From positions 16,659,881 to 16,723,880 of the forward strand of contig NC_092678.1 of assembly GCF_964355755.1 (NCBI RefSeq): a DNA stretch of 64,000 nt, read 5' to 3'. A model generated the notes under the pieces. That model searched no databases. It was not told the origin of the DNA and saw nothing but the letters and a program-made list of their open reading frames with translations. This document shows, in pieces, positions 14,401 to 27,770 of this stretch. A program made the translations under genes and the position numbers. Each line of letters begins with the position of its first letter. Positions within the stretch are counted from its first letter, which is position 1. The stretch is from Antedon mediterranea (lineage: Eukaryota; Animalia; Echinodermata).

Positions 14401-17400
14401 GGATCACTTACTATCCGTATCACACTTGTTGTAACCAAAGTTTGTCTAGTGGTGCTAATATTCTGTTTACTAATCATCTTAGTACCCTAGGAAGATACTC
14501 AACAAGTATGGAAACGTATAGATATCTACACCGTTTTCCGATGATTTTAATTCTTGTTGGCTTGGTTGGTGTTAATTCTCAGTTTTTAATAGATCCACAA
14601 TCTGCTGAAGTGACACAGGGTGCAGACCATGGGTTGGAATGTGTTGTCAACAGAACCTATCTTGCTGGTTATTATTTTGTTGCATGGACTAAAGATTCTG
14701 AGGTTTTCTCGGCACCTAACCAAATTGATAAGGTTGCTTTAGAAAATATAAATGGTGAAGACCCCGAAGATCGATACACAATTATCAAAATTGACCAAGG
14801 TAACACAGGAACGTATAAATTGATTATTGATTCAGTAAAAGGTGTAGATTCTGGAAATTATCAATGTGTAATTTGTCAACATCCGCCAACTTCATATGAG
14901 TGTACAGCCATTACAGATTTTAAATCTACTGTAGCAACATTGAATGTCTTGTATACCCCATCAGTCCCTGAATATCCAGAATGTACTGGTTTGGACAGTT
15001 CTACAACCGTGTCTGTTGGAACTCAAGTTGAGGTGACATGTGTGTCGGAAATTGGTGATCCAAAGGTTCAATTACAATGGAATAAGGATGGTGTACCGTT
15101 ATCAAGTACAGTAACTGAAAGAGAAGATAATAACAGACTTTATCTTATATACACTTTTACAGCAGAACTCTCCCATACTGGTATGGTTTTAAGCTGCTCT
15201 TCTACAAGCTCATATTTTACATCATACTCGGAATCGTGTAGCTTTAATGCGCTGAATGTTGTTGACATGCCAGTGGTGGCTGCTACTTCAGGAGCTGCAG
15301 AGGATGAAGAAGGATCGCAAACAACACCTGTATCAGAATATAGTAGTGATTCTTGTGCAGCGGCTATTAATAAATCTATAAAATGTTTGCATATTTTTGG
15401 TAAATATTTAGATGGTAATTAATTTTGTTTTTATAGTCTGTTTTGGATTGACCAATAGCAGACTGTGTTTGAAGATTCTGTTTGGCATTTCCTCACATTT
15501 TGTATCTGTTTTGTACACTAGAAATTTAGTTAAGTAAGCTACACTCTGAACTTATATATTATAAAATGTGAAGATATTTTTCCTTTTTTAAATTCAGTAG
15601 AGAGTAGTGTGTTGTATCATCCTCAGACTTAAAATTGCATTGTCTTGAAAAAAAACAGGAAAAATGAAGATTAATAAAATCAGTCTTTGAATATGTCATT
15701 TTGTAATTTTAATCAAGTCACTTTTGTAAAAAAAATAAAAACAATTATGTTTTCACTTTATAAATATACAAAATAACAGTTAAATTCACCATCATCATCA
15801 TGACTATTTTTGCCTAAATTACAGTTTTTTTCAGATAAATCATTTTTTTTTCTGATCAATTTTGGGTCAAAGTAATAACTATTATGTGATATTAAATGGA
15901 ATATTAAAAAATATATAAACAATATATCTTAAGCAAAAAAACCATATATATATATATATAATCTACACTGTAGTTTTATATTACTTTTTTATATTGCATA
16001 ATTTTGTAAAAAATGTAATCATGTAATTTGGTAAAAATGACATAACTAAACAAATATATTGTGTTTTTTTTCTTTAACTTTAATTGTAAAAATCAAGAAA
16101 TATGTGATTTTTTGTTTGTTTTCCTTTTAAAAGTTACCTCACCTTTTCTCCTTAATACCAGAAGGAAGCAATTGCACTTGATTAGAAAAACTGATCTTTA
16201 CTTCTTAAAAGTTCCTTATAATGTATGCATGTAACAAGAAAACCGTGTGGTTTTTATGATAGGAAAACCAACAATAGATCGACTGTAGACTTACAAGTTC
16301 TTTGCTCTATGATAGGAAAATTACCAACAATAGTTAATACTGTATGTATGTTGAAGTTCTTTTTTCTCTATCAAAGATTTAAATTTAATATCTTTTGACA
16401 CTCCCTTTTGTTGTACTGTATGTCACTGATGAATAAAATAAGAATGTCAATAAATATTATTATAGTTCAATTATGGTCTATCTGAGTTGCAATTGCAGTC
16501 TATACGGCTTTTTCTCGAAACGGAAAACATCCTTACGATCGATAACGAAAAGTGTTGTGCAAGGAAGAAAATAGAACAGAAATAACTTAGCATTTTCAGG
16601 GGATTTCATGACACCATGTTAATTAAAACCTTTACTGTAAATGTCCTTAAAAGATTGACTTACTTTCTGAATGATAAAAAACGAATGAGAACATTTTTTA
16701 GATCACCTAAAATCCAACGGAAAGAAGACAAAGTGTTTAAGCATAGACACACTCTCCATGTGTGACAGCACCGTTTTATCACAGTGCATTAATAATCGTG
16801 TTCTTTAAATCAGCAATCAGTTTAAGGGAGTTAACTGATCACACAAAGCACTTGGAGAAAACTCAGTTGTAATATGTCCGACCAGGTGTACAGTAATTAT
16901 TCCATGTAGTAAGGCTCCTTCGGCAAATTATTTCAAGCTACAAAAACGCTTTCAGAAAATGTCATAGAAATGCGTTTGGCAGACCGTTTGGTTAAACACT
17001 GTTTGGATGCCTTTATTCAAGTTTGGCATGTTGCTCCCCATCATTTAACGTTTGACTGAGCAGCATATTGTTTTTTCTTTTGTACGATTCCTTCATTGAG
17101 TATTTGGGACTTTACGAAACACGACCGGCAGTCTCTCCCTCCCCTGTCTCTTGGCACGGTGCCCTTCTAAATCGCTTGGCTCTGGTGATACAGCATAAGC
17201 CTTCCTAGCTAGGGCCTCACATTCAAACGCAACTTTTAACACAGCAATTTGAACCCAATAAAAATGTTGTTTCATTAAACAATTAAATTAGAAGTTCAAA
17301 TAATATTATTAGAATTTTTAAAATTCCACGTTAAGTGTAATTTGAACGGTATTTATGTACTTTATTTTTAGTCGTTTTCCGTAAACGGGAAAATGGCAAC

Positions 17401-17685
17401 TTCATCGTTCTCCAAAACTCAAGATGATGTAATTTCATGCTAAGCTCCGCCCACTTTGTTAAAGCTCATGCATAATAGTAGTTATTCTGCCGTGATGTCA
17501 TGCTGTTTGCCTTGAAAGGGAGTTCCCCGATTCGTTTGCAAGAAGAGTACGAGATAATAGAAAACAACATTTTTTGTGCAAAATTTTTTCCCCACTCACT
17601 AATTTCCCACGTGTCAGTTTTAGCGCGCATAGAATAAGATATTGTGCTTTCTTTAACAATCAATTGATCCAATAAAGGTAGTGTC
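11470..17685 (+). repeat. Segmental duplication unit 2 of the Ig-gene cluster
   Basis: Near-identical to unit 1; the spurious ORF translations recur at an offset of about 7.88 kb. Confidence 0.85.
14508..15422 (+). CDS. Ig-superfamily protein copy 2 (2 Ig domains, no TM), 304 aa
   Basis: Near-identical to 6624-7541, with a few substitutions and one codon indel in the signal peptide. Confidence 0.85.
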   Translation: METYRYLHRFPMILILVGLVGVNSQFLIDPQSAEVTQGADHGLECVVNRTYLAGYYFVAWTKDSEVFSAPNQIDKVALENINGEDPEDRYTIIKIDQGNTGTYKLIIDSVKGVDSGNYQCVICQHPPTSYECTAITDFKSTVATLNVLYTPSVPEYPECTGLDSSTTVSVGTQVEVTCVSEIGDPKVQLQWNKDGVPLSSTVTEREDNNRLYLIYTFTAELSHTGMVLSCSSTSSYFTSYSESCSFNALNVVDMPVVAATSGAAEDEEGSQTTPVSEYSSDSCAAAINKSIKCLHIFGKYLDGN

Positions 17686-19025
17686 GTTTTTTAGGTGATC
17701 ATTTAGAATAAAATGATCACCTATTGTTATTGTATGAAATCTTATTCCGCTTTATTTCTTTCTGTACAGATTTTGTGTGTCAATTATCTCATAAAGTAAA
17801 ATGTCAATGATCACAAAAATGTCACAATATCTTCCAAATACTTAAACTTAATCCTAATAAGCTTTTCAGCGTGATCACTCAACCGTGACGTCATTTATAC
17901 GCCATTTTGTGAAATCACATTATCAATCATATCTCCATAATTCATTATCACAAATAAATTAAATTCTTTGCCTTTAAAGGCTAGGTGCGGGTAAAAAATT
18001 TCTATTGATCATACATTCCAATAATTATCAATCTATAGATTCCCTTATGTTTCATAATTTTTGGGATTTTATTTGTGTTACACGAGCTTGTTGAAAATAA
18101 GCACTTTCTAATCAGTAATTATAGTACCGGTAATTAGAGTTCAAATTACACAGTAAAATATCTATTCTTTTGTACACAAATTTGTAAATAAAAAGGCGTT
18201 TTAAAAAGCTATGAAAAATAAATGGTGTGGTAAAAAAATGTTATCAGATGACTAAATATAGGTAATATCACTTAAATATTACATTTCTGATATTTTTATT
18301 CAACTTCAGATTTTTATTTTCATGCTATAGCAAAAATTATCCACTGTATATCCACCATCTTTTTTCACCATCTAGGGAGTCACCAGACATGTTATTACAT
18401 TAGGTTAACTACCTAACTACTGAAAAAACATTATCCTGGTTTTTATGGAAGAATTTTGCCAAATTTTGTATTTGTCCATATTACGGGAAATTGATGTTTT
18501 TTCGTCATGATTTCTGTTACAAATATTTGATTTATGTACAATTAACCAAATATTATATTTTAAATTCATGCCTGTACCTGAGCTTTAAACTTCAGGTCAG
18601 GGGTAAAAATATTAGCAAATAAAAACTCACGCGTACGTAGGGTCATGCGCGTGAAATTGCGCGTTAAAAATTTAAAAAGCTCAAAATTAAGTTTTGATCA
18701 ATTTAGAGCATGAATTAGGCCATTTGCGTGTTTCAAAAAATTAACACGTTTTTGCGCACGCGATTCGTAAAATGCGTAAAAAATAAAATTTGATGTATAA
18801 ATCACATTCTACTCACAATCCTGAGTACATTCACCAAATGTGAGCCCATTTCGACTTAAAATAATTCTATACGAGCATGTTATTAAAATGAAAAAATGCG
18901 CAAATTAATTGTACAAAAGTGCTAAAAATGGTAAAAAATATGGCCTTTTTAAAATGAATATAACTCTTCAGAATGGAAGGTGACCCCCAATTTTTTTAAC
19001 TTTTTATGGAAGCCAATGAGTTGTA
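17686..19025 (+). mobile_element. HINE/Helentron-like repeat containing a nested MITE
   Basis: Begins ttttt + hairpin aggtgatcattt-n-aaatgatcacct + attgttattg. Internal 18620-18890 resembles 10450-10680. The right boundary is approximate. Confidence 0.5.
17978..18584. mobile_element. Kolobok-like MITE (duplicated at 20199-20805)
   Basis: TTAA on both sides; imperfect TIRs aggctaggtgcggg / cctgtacctgagct. Confidence 0.5.
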
Positions 19026-19055
19026 GATATAAATGTATATAATAATGAAGCCAAA

Positions 19056-19262
19056 ATGATATATAAAATATTCCATAATCAAGCACCACCATATCTAAAC
19101 GAACTATTTACACCCAAACTAGACACATACAATACAAGATCAAAGGATGTATTAAAATTGGATAAACCCAAAAGAGAATATAAAAAAAAATTATGGAATA
19201 CTCTAGAAAAACCAATACAAAATGCCACAAATTTAAATACTTTAAAAAAATTATTAGTGTGA
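19056..19262 (+). mobile_element. 3' fragment of CR1/L2-group LINE ORF2
   Basis: IYKIFHNQAPPYLNELF..YNTRS..LWNTL..IQNATNLNTLKKLL matches the typical C-terminal tail of this LINE group. Confidence 0.75.
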
Positions 19263-21276
19263 TTTATTATTTATTTTGTACTCTTAGCATAAATGTAATT
19301 AAGGTTTCTGTTCATATATTTTTATCGCATTAAAACCAAAAGGAAGCAATTGGATTATAATTTATTAGAAAAATTGATCTTTACTTCTCAAAACTTCTTT
19401 AATGTAATGCATGTTAAACAAGAACACATTGTTTTTTTTTTTGTGGTGATAGAAAACAATAGCTTTACTGTATTTATGCTCTTTTCTCTATGGCCCTGTT
19501 TTTGCATATCCTCAAATACCGTATAAAATATATTTTATACTGTATTTTGACTAACATGTTTCTGCTAGAAGTACTATCTTGGGTGGTCATGTTAAAATTT
19601 GTCTTTTTTAACCAGCCCGCCTTTCGAATTAGAATTATTTTTAGAATTTGTTGTCTTTGTAGCCTCTACTTTCACGGTCTATTTTTGTTTTTTTATTGAC
19701 TTGTTTCAACTACAAGTACCGTACTTTCCTTCTTTGATAAATTTCCTTTCTAAATCTGGCTGTCCTGTTTGCAATTTTTCCGAATTGTCTGTTTCCCCCA
19801 ACAGATTAGTTGCAAGTGCTGTGATGTTGTTCCTTACTTTCATTCACTATATGCTATCCATGTGTAAATAGCTTAAACTTACAGACAATCAAAATATATG
19901 GTATTTTTTATTGGCAGCAGAAAAGTCTACACAAAATATACGGTATAAATTTAAAAATACCGTATTTTATCCACAAATTAGGTAGGGAAAATTATGTGTG
20001 TCAATTATCTCATAAAGTAAAATGTCAATGATCACAAAAATGTCACAATATCTTCCAAATACTTAAACTTAATCCTAATAAGCTTTTCAGCGTGATCACT
20101 CAACCGTGACGTCATTTATACGCCATTTTGTGAAATCACATTATCAATCATATCTCCATAATTCATTATCACAAATAAATTAAATTCTTTGCCTTTAAAG
20201 GCTAGGTGCGGGTAAAAAATTTCTATTGATCATACATTCCAATAATTATCAATCTATAGATTCCCTTATGTTTCATAATTTTTGGGATTTTATTTGTGTT
20301 ACACGAGCTTGTTGAAAATAAGCACTTTCTAATCAGTAATTATAGTACCGGTAATTAGAGTTCAAATTACACAGTAAAATATCTATTCTTTTGTACACAA
20401 ATTTGTAAATAAAAAGGCGTTTTAAAAAGCTATGAAAAATAAATGGTGTGGTAAAAAAATGTTATCAGATGACTAAATATAGGTAATATCACTTAAATAT
20501 TACATTTCTGATATTTTTATTCAACTTCAGATTTTTATTTTCATGCTATAGCAAAAATTATCCACTGTATATCCACCATCTTTTTTCACCATCTAGGGAG
20601 TCACCAGACATGTTATTACATTAGGTTAACTACCTAACTACTGAAAAAACATTATCCTGGTTTTTATGGAAGAATTTTGCCAAATTTTGTATTTGTCCAT
20701 ATTACGGGAAATTGATGTTTTTTCGTCATGATTTCTGTTACAAATATTTGATTTATGTACAATTAACCAAATATTATATTTTAAATTCATGCCTGTACCT
20801 GAGCTTTAAACTTCAGGTCAGGGGTAAAAATATTAGCAAATAAAAACTCACGCGTACGTAGGGTCATGCGCGTGAAATTGCGCGTTAAAAATTTAAAAAG
20901 CTCAAAATTAAGTTTTGATCAATTTAGAGCATGAATTAGGCCATTTGCGTGTTTCAAAAAATTAACACGTTTTTGCGCACGCGATTCGTAAAATGCGTAA
21001 AAAATAAAATTTGATGTATAAATCACATTCTACTCACAATCCTGAGTACATTCACCAAATGTGAGCCCATTTCGACTTAAAATAATTCTATACGAGCATG
21101 TTATTAAAATGAAAAAATGCGCAAATTAATTGTACAAAAGTGCTAAAAATGGTAAAAAATATGGCCTTTTTAAAATGAATATAACTCTTCAGAATGGAAG
21201 GTGACCCCCAATTTTTTTAACTTTTTATGGAAGCCAATGAGTTGTAGATATAAATGTATATAATAATGAAGCCAAA

Positions 21277-21483
21277 ATGATATATAAAATATTCCATAAT
21301 CAAGCACCACCATATCTAAACGAACTATTTACACCCAAACTAGACACATACAATACAAGATCAAAGGATGTATTAAAATTGGATAAACCCAAAAGAGAAT
21401 ATAAAAAAAAATTATGGAATACTCTAGAAAAACCAATACAAAATGCCACAAATTTAAATACTTTAAAAAAATTATTAGTGTGA
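21277..21483 (+). mobile_element. Duplicate of the LINE ORF2 3' fragment
   Basis: Identical translation to 19056-19262. Confidence 0.75.
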
Positions 21484-22740
21484 TTTATTATTTATTTTGT
21501 ACTCTTAGCATAAATGTAATTAAGGTTTCTGTTCATATATTTTTATCGCATTAAAACCAAAAGGAAGCAATTGGATTATAATTTATTAGAAAAATTGATC
21601 TTTACTTCTCAAAACTTCTTTAATGTAATGCATGTTAAACAAGAACACATTGTTTTTTTTTTTGTGGTGATAGAAAACAATAGCTTTACTGTATTTATGC
21701 TCTTTTCTCTATGGCCCTGTTTTTGCATATCCTCAAATACCGTATAAAATATATTTTATACTGTATTTTGACTAACATGTTTCTGCTAGAAGTACTATCT
21801 TGGGTGGTCATGTTAAAATTTGTCTTTTTTAACCAGCCCGCCTTTTGAATTAGAATTATTTTTAGAATTTGTTGTCTTTGTAGCCTCTACTTTCACGGTC
21901 TATTTTTGTTTTTTTATTGACTTGTTTCAACTACAAGTACCGTACTTTCCTTCTTTGATAAATTTCCTTTCTAAATCTGGCTGTCCTGTTTGCAATTTTT
22001 CCGAATTGTCTGTTTCCCCCAACAGATTAGTTGCAAGTGCTGTGATGTTGTTCCTTACTTTCATTCACTATATGCTATCCATGTGTAAATAGCTTAAACT
22101 TACAGACAATCAAAATATATGGTATTTTTTATTGGCAGCAGAAAAGTCTACACAAAATATACGGTATAAATTTAAAAATACCGTATTTTATCCACAAATT
22201 AGGTAGGGAAAATTATGCAAATTTTGTCTAATGTTTTATATGCATGTTAATGTTCAAATCTTGCTGAAGAAAAATCTTTTTTTTTTTATTTTTTGGTTCT
22301 ACATTCTCTCTTTGTGGAATTTTGATTGATTCCAAACATGCTGCTATACCGGGATGAACCCAGTCATTTTCGGAGTTTTTTTTTCATAAACGCACTTTTT
22401 AAAAATAACAGATTGAATTTTAAAAGTAGGTGGGTCTATGTTTTATTTATGTTCATTTGATATTAAGAAAAACATTTTGTAAATTCTCACAATAAGCAGG
22501 CTATTGTAAAGTACTGTAGTTAGAAAATCACTTTGGTGGGTGGAACTATTTACTGGAGGTGTAATCTGTTTATAGACCAATCAGAATGTAGGATTACATT
22601 GGCGTAAAGTCTGATTGGTTTATAAAAGGTGATGTTGGTAGGAACATCCTACAGTATGTGAGATGAGTTTTGTTTGAATAGCTGTTTTAAAGTGGACTAC
22701 TGTATTTAACTTTGTATTTTTAGTGTATTCGAAAAATTTC

Positions 22741-23270
22741 ACTAACAGGCTTAAGATACTAAATTTACCAGATATGGTTCAAAGAATGAAATTTCATAGT
22801 ATAATTTTTGTAGTTAAGTGTTTGCATAATTTAATTGATTTTGATATATTTGAATACCTTACAATTAATTCTCGGTATCCGAGAGTCCCTCACCTTTAAA
22901 CACATGTATGCTAGAACTAATGCGTTTAAATACTCCCTGTTTGTTAATTTCCCTCGAATATGGGAATGTATCCCGCATGAAGTTCGTAACAAAGTCCTGT
23001 TTAACTTTGGGGGGTTTAGAAGGGATTTGAAAAAATGTATTACTGATATCGAATTCATCTAGACTATCACTGTGTTTTTATGTCTATTGCGTTTTTCGTA
23101 CTATTAGTTGGGAAAGCCACTCGACAGTGCAGTTCTTTTGAACTGATCCACTTTTGGTTACCCGCAGGTGCTGATAGTACTTTTGTTCTGTTTTGTTGAA
23201 TGATGCCGTACCTTGTTTATGATTTTTTTATGTTACCTGGAAATTGAATAAAATAAAATAAAAATTAAAA
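22741..23270 (+). mobile_element. 5'-truncated LINE upstream of Ig copy 3 coding exon
   Basis: Reads ..VVKCLHNLIDF..ARTNAFKYSLFVNFPRIWECIP..FRRDLKK, then a 3' UTR and a (TAAAA)n tail. Absent from copies 1 and 2, where other sequence occupies this position. Confidence 0.7.
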
Positions 23271-23317
23271 TTCTGTTTACTATTCATCTTAGTACCCTAG
23301 GAAGATACTCAACAAGT

Positions 23318-24597
23318 ATGGAAACATCTAGATATCTACATGGTTTGCCGATGATTTTAATTCTTGTTGGCTTGGTTGGTGTTAATTCTCAGTTTTTAAC
23401 CGAGCCACAATCTGCAGAAGTGACACAGGGTGCAGACCATGTTTTGGAATGCATTGTCAACAGAACCTATCTTTTTGGTTTTTATTTGTTGCATGGACTA
23501 AAGATTCTGAGGTTTTCTCGGCACGTCATCACATTGATAAGGTTGCTTTAGAAAATATAAATGGTGAAGACCCAGAAGATCGATACTGGATTATTAAAAT
23601 TTACCAAGGTGACGTAGGAAAGTATAATTTGGTTATTGATTCAATAAAAGGTGTAGATTCTGGAAATTATCAATGTGCAATTTGTCAACATTCTTCAACC
23701 TCATATGTGTGTACAGCCATTACAGATTTTAAATCTACTGTAGCAACATTGAATGTCTTGTACACTCCATCAGTCCCTGAATATCCAGAATGTACTGGTT
23801 TGGACAGTTCTGCAACTGTGTCTGTTGGAACTCAAGTTGAGGTGACATGTGTGTCGGAAATTGGTGATCCAAAAGTTCATTTACAATGGAATAAGGATGG
23901 TGTACCGTTATCAAGTACAGTAACTGAAAGAGAAGATAATAACATACTTTATCTTATATACACTTTTATAGCAGAACTCTCCCATACTGGTATGGTTTTA
24001 AGCTGCTCTTCTACAAGCTCTCATTTTACATCATACTCGGAATCTTGTAACTTTAATGCGCTTAATGTTGTTGATATGCCTGTGGTGGCCGTTACTTCAG
24101 GAGCTGCAGTGTATGAAGAAGGATCACCAGCAAACTTTACCTGTTCAGCCTTCAGTTCTACTTCTACAGCAATAACTTTTGAATGGTTTGTGGGTAATAT
24201 ACCAAAGAGCAGGTATACACAGAATGATACGAGAATGGAATCTGTTTTGACAATCACTTCAGTTATAGCTAGTGATCATCAGACTGCAATCAAATGCGTT
24301 GTAAGAAATGAGCAGGGACAAACTGCACAGGACCAAGTATTTTTGGAAGTTATCAGTAGGCCTACAAATATGATTCCAACAAGCAGAATTGATGAACAAC
24401 CACAATTAACCATAACACGTGTACCAGATGATGGTAACGAGTCTTGTTCAGTCGCTATTGGTGGCACTGTTGTTGTATATAGTATAGTTCTTTTGATAGT
24501 ATTTCCTTTCCTATAATATTTCTGTAGGAAAAGGAAACAAAAAAAAGATGTTTTATCAGTAGAGCTTAAAAAAAATGACCTAAGACCTCTAATGTGA
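23318..24597 (+). pseudogene. Ig-superfamily copy 3: signal + 3 Ig domains + TM + basic cytoplasmic tail, disrupted
   Basis: 1-nt frameshift near 23485 in a T-run. Third Ig: ANFTC..FEWF..SVLTI..IKCVV. TM: VAIGGTVVVYSIVLLIVFPFL. An in-frame TAA at 24514 precedes YFCRKRKQKK...PLM* (stop at 24595-24597). Confidence 0.8.
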
Positions 24598-24797
24598 TCT
24601 GGTTTTTCAATCGTATTTACCATGAAGGTATCCACCAATGGGATGGACAGATGGACATATAGTCTTTTAGAGGTTTCCGAATTGAAAGGTAGATACTGTA
24701 TGTCAAGAAAATTATGAATTTTAGCAGTTTTTTTAAATAGCACACATTTAAAAAAAATATTAAGTCATTATTATAAGAAGTTTGTTTATTATTAACT

Positions 24798-26013
24798 TTG
24801 AAGAAAATGATACAATTATCGGCTTGTTATCAATATCATTTATCAGTATAATAACTGTACATTTCCAATATGACCGTTTTGTATTGTAGAGTATCTTATG
24901 CTTTTTATTTGTTTTTATAAAATGCATTCCACAAAAACATAAATAATGCGAATATAATAAATATGTGTTAAGAGATAGGCTACATAAAAAAAATATACCA
25001 TTTCTATTTTATATTTGTTAGAAGAATCTAGAAATAGAACTGTAGCTATTAATTGTACTTTTCATTTCATTTGTCCTTTTTTTCTTTAGCCTAATATATA
25101 ATAATAAACGCAAACGTGAATGCTTTGTTTTTTTAAATCACATCACCTTTTCGCATTAATACCACCAGAAGGAAGCAATTCATTTCTTTATTAGAAAAAC
25201 AGATCTTTACTATACTTTTCAAAACTTCCTTAATAATGTGCATGTAACAAGAACACATTGTGGTTTTTAATAATCCTCAGGTAAAAAACCAACATAGCTA
25301 TTTTGTACTGTACATGGTCTTGTAAAATTTAAAGTTGAATTTCAGTCTTAAAAAAGTACCGGTACATTGTGGTGTAGCTTGTTCTACAAAAAATTATTCA
25401 AGAATTGAAGAAAATGATACAATTATCGGCTTGTTATCAATATCATTTATCAGTATAATAACTGTACATTTCCAATATGACCGTTTTGTATTGTAGAGTA
25501 TCTTATGCTTTTTATTTGTTTTTATAAAATGCATTCCACAAAAACATAAATAATGCGAATATAATAAATATGTGTTAAGAGATAGGCTACATAAAAAAAA
25601 TATACCATTTCTATTTTATATTTGTTAGAAGAATCTAGAAATAGAACTGTAGCTATTAATTGTACTTTTCATTTCATTTGTCCTTTTTTTCTTTAGCCTA
25701 ATATATAATAATAAACGCAAACGTGAATGCTTTGTTTTTTTAAATCACATCACCTTTTCGCATTAATACCACCAGAAGGAAGCAATTCATTTCTTTATTA
25801 GAAAAACAGATCTTTACTATACTTTTCAAAACTTCCTTAATAATGTGCATGTAACAAGAACACATTGTGGTTTTTAATAATCCTCAGGTAAAAAACCAAC
25901 ATAGCTATTTTGTACTGTACATGGTCTTGTAAAATTTAAAGTTGAATTTCAGTCTTAAAAAAGTACCGGTACATTGTGGTGTAGCTTGTTCTACAAAAAA
26001 TTATTCAAGAATT
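24798..26013 (+). repeat. Perfect tandem duplication, 607-bp unit
   Basis: ttgaagaaaatgatacaattatcggc occurs at 24798 and 25405; 2-nt TT microhomology. Confidence 0.95.
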
Positions 26014-27154
26014 CAGAAATTTAACCGATTAAACATTTAGTATACATTCTGAAACCTATAGGTAGGTACAACTAATAAACAGGAGCAGACTATAATGTTT
26101 TAAAGTATTTCCCAACGTGTAATACACAAGCTCCGCCCACTTTGTAACCAACCCTATATGCGCAAGCTTTATTAAAACTTAAGTTATATGTATAGAAAAC
26201 CTTATTTCTGAAAAATAGCATCAAAGAAAAATGTTAACCAAAGGGTATCGAAAATATAATAAGAAAATATTTGAGAAAACAAATGGTGAATTTAATGTTT
26301 TTGCTTAAGCCACACAATTAGAATTGTTCATCGCAATACGCTATTTATTAAACATGCTTGCTAAGCCTAATCTCTAGGCACAAGGTATTCATGCATTGTG
26401 TTCTACACTTCTTGTAGAAGAAAAATCAAAACGAAGAAGTATATTATAGCAACTGCTCGCTTGACTACGCTGTTATGCAAATGAGTAGAATTCAAATTCA
26501 AAATTTAAAAAACTGTTATAGTCCAATTACATACACAATATATACAATTGGAAATGTGTCGTTTGATACACAACAAACATAACAAATATAAAATAATATA
26601 GAATTATACTGAACATCATTCACACAAAACTTGTTACAACAAAAATATAAAAGAGCACCTCTATTAAAAACATTACATTGGTTGTAAACCACTGAAGCAT
26701 ATCTGAGGTACTCTATGTCTGGATGTTTTAGTTTTTCATTGCTATGCCTTCTGAAGTAATGGTTTTCGTATTTAACAACCAACACCTGAAAACTTCCTTT
26801 TTTTGGAACCATGTTGCAGACATTACTTTAATAACTAAGTGTTTCTTCACCTTTATTGTTACTGTTCTTGATCAGTGTTTTTCATGACAGTTTCCATACA
26901 GTTAGGAGAAAAATGGCAAAATTAACATTGTGGTCACGTTACAGAGTTGTCAAAACAATATAGACTACTGTATTTCATAACTTAAACAAATAAAACTCCT
27001 AGAAAGTAGGAACCCTTTTGCCATTTTCCCCCTGACTGGTTATTTTACTCTAGTAGCTAGATCAACTTTCGTATGCACTTTGAGGTCCAGAGAATTTGAC
27101 TTCAGAAATTGGTTTAGGGTGGTCAAACAATCATTTTTTGTCTTGGTTACACAT

Positions 27155-27770
27155 TTTGAAAATGTGGCGAAAGGTCAAAAGGTCAGGGTGAAAGGTCATA
27201 AGACCAAACACCAATATGTCCTTAAATCTTAACAACCACTGGTCACAGCGAAGTAATTTTGGTCTCAAATTGATCAGAAGGTATACATTTATATTCAGTC
27301 TAATGGGACATTTTAGTCAAAAATTACCAGAAATGCCATTTCTGACCTTTGACCCACACCTCAGGGCATGTATGTATCTCCGTAACTACTGATCGTAGAC
27401 ACTTAAATTTGGTCTTAAATTGTTTGAAATAAATATTTATTATTTGTAGCACATTTTTAAAAATGTTACAAAAGGTCAAAGGGTCAAGGTCAAAGGTTAT
27501 ATGAACAAATAAAAATAGATACTTGTATCTCGGCAACCACTCGTCGCAGCAAGTCAATTTTAGTCTCAAAATGTTCAGAAGGCATGCTTTCATATTCAAT
27601 CTAATGGGACATTTTAGTCAAAAATTATCAGAAATGCCATTTCTGACCTTTGACCCACATATCATGGCATCTTCATATCTCTGTAAGTACTGGTCGTAGA
27701 AACTTATATTTGGTATCAAATTGTTCGAAATATACATATTTACATTCATTGTAAAAGAAAATGTGGTTAA
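27155..27770. repeat. ~302-bp diverged tandem repeat rich in AAGGTCA/TGACCTT, probably internal to an interspersed repeat
   Basis: ctaatgggacattttagtcaaaaatta.cagaaatgccatttctgacctttgacccaca at ~27300 and ~27601. Confidence 0.7.

Larger units (their letters stand above)
17774..22217 (+). repeat. Near-perfect tandem duplication, 2221-bp unit
   Basis: 17774-19994 repeats at 19995-22217 with about one substitution seen; 2-nt TG microhomology at the junction. Confidence 0.95.

Noticed and set aside
26516-26812. 98-aa minus-strand ORF
   Set aside because: No recognisable motif, stops immediately upstream, and the second half is AT-rich low complexity.
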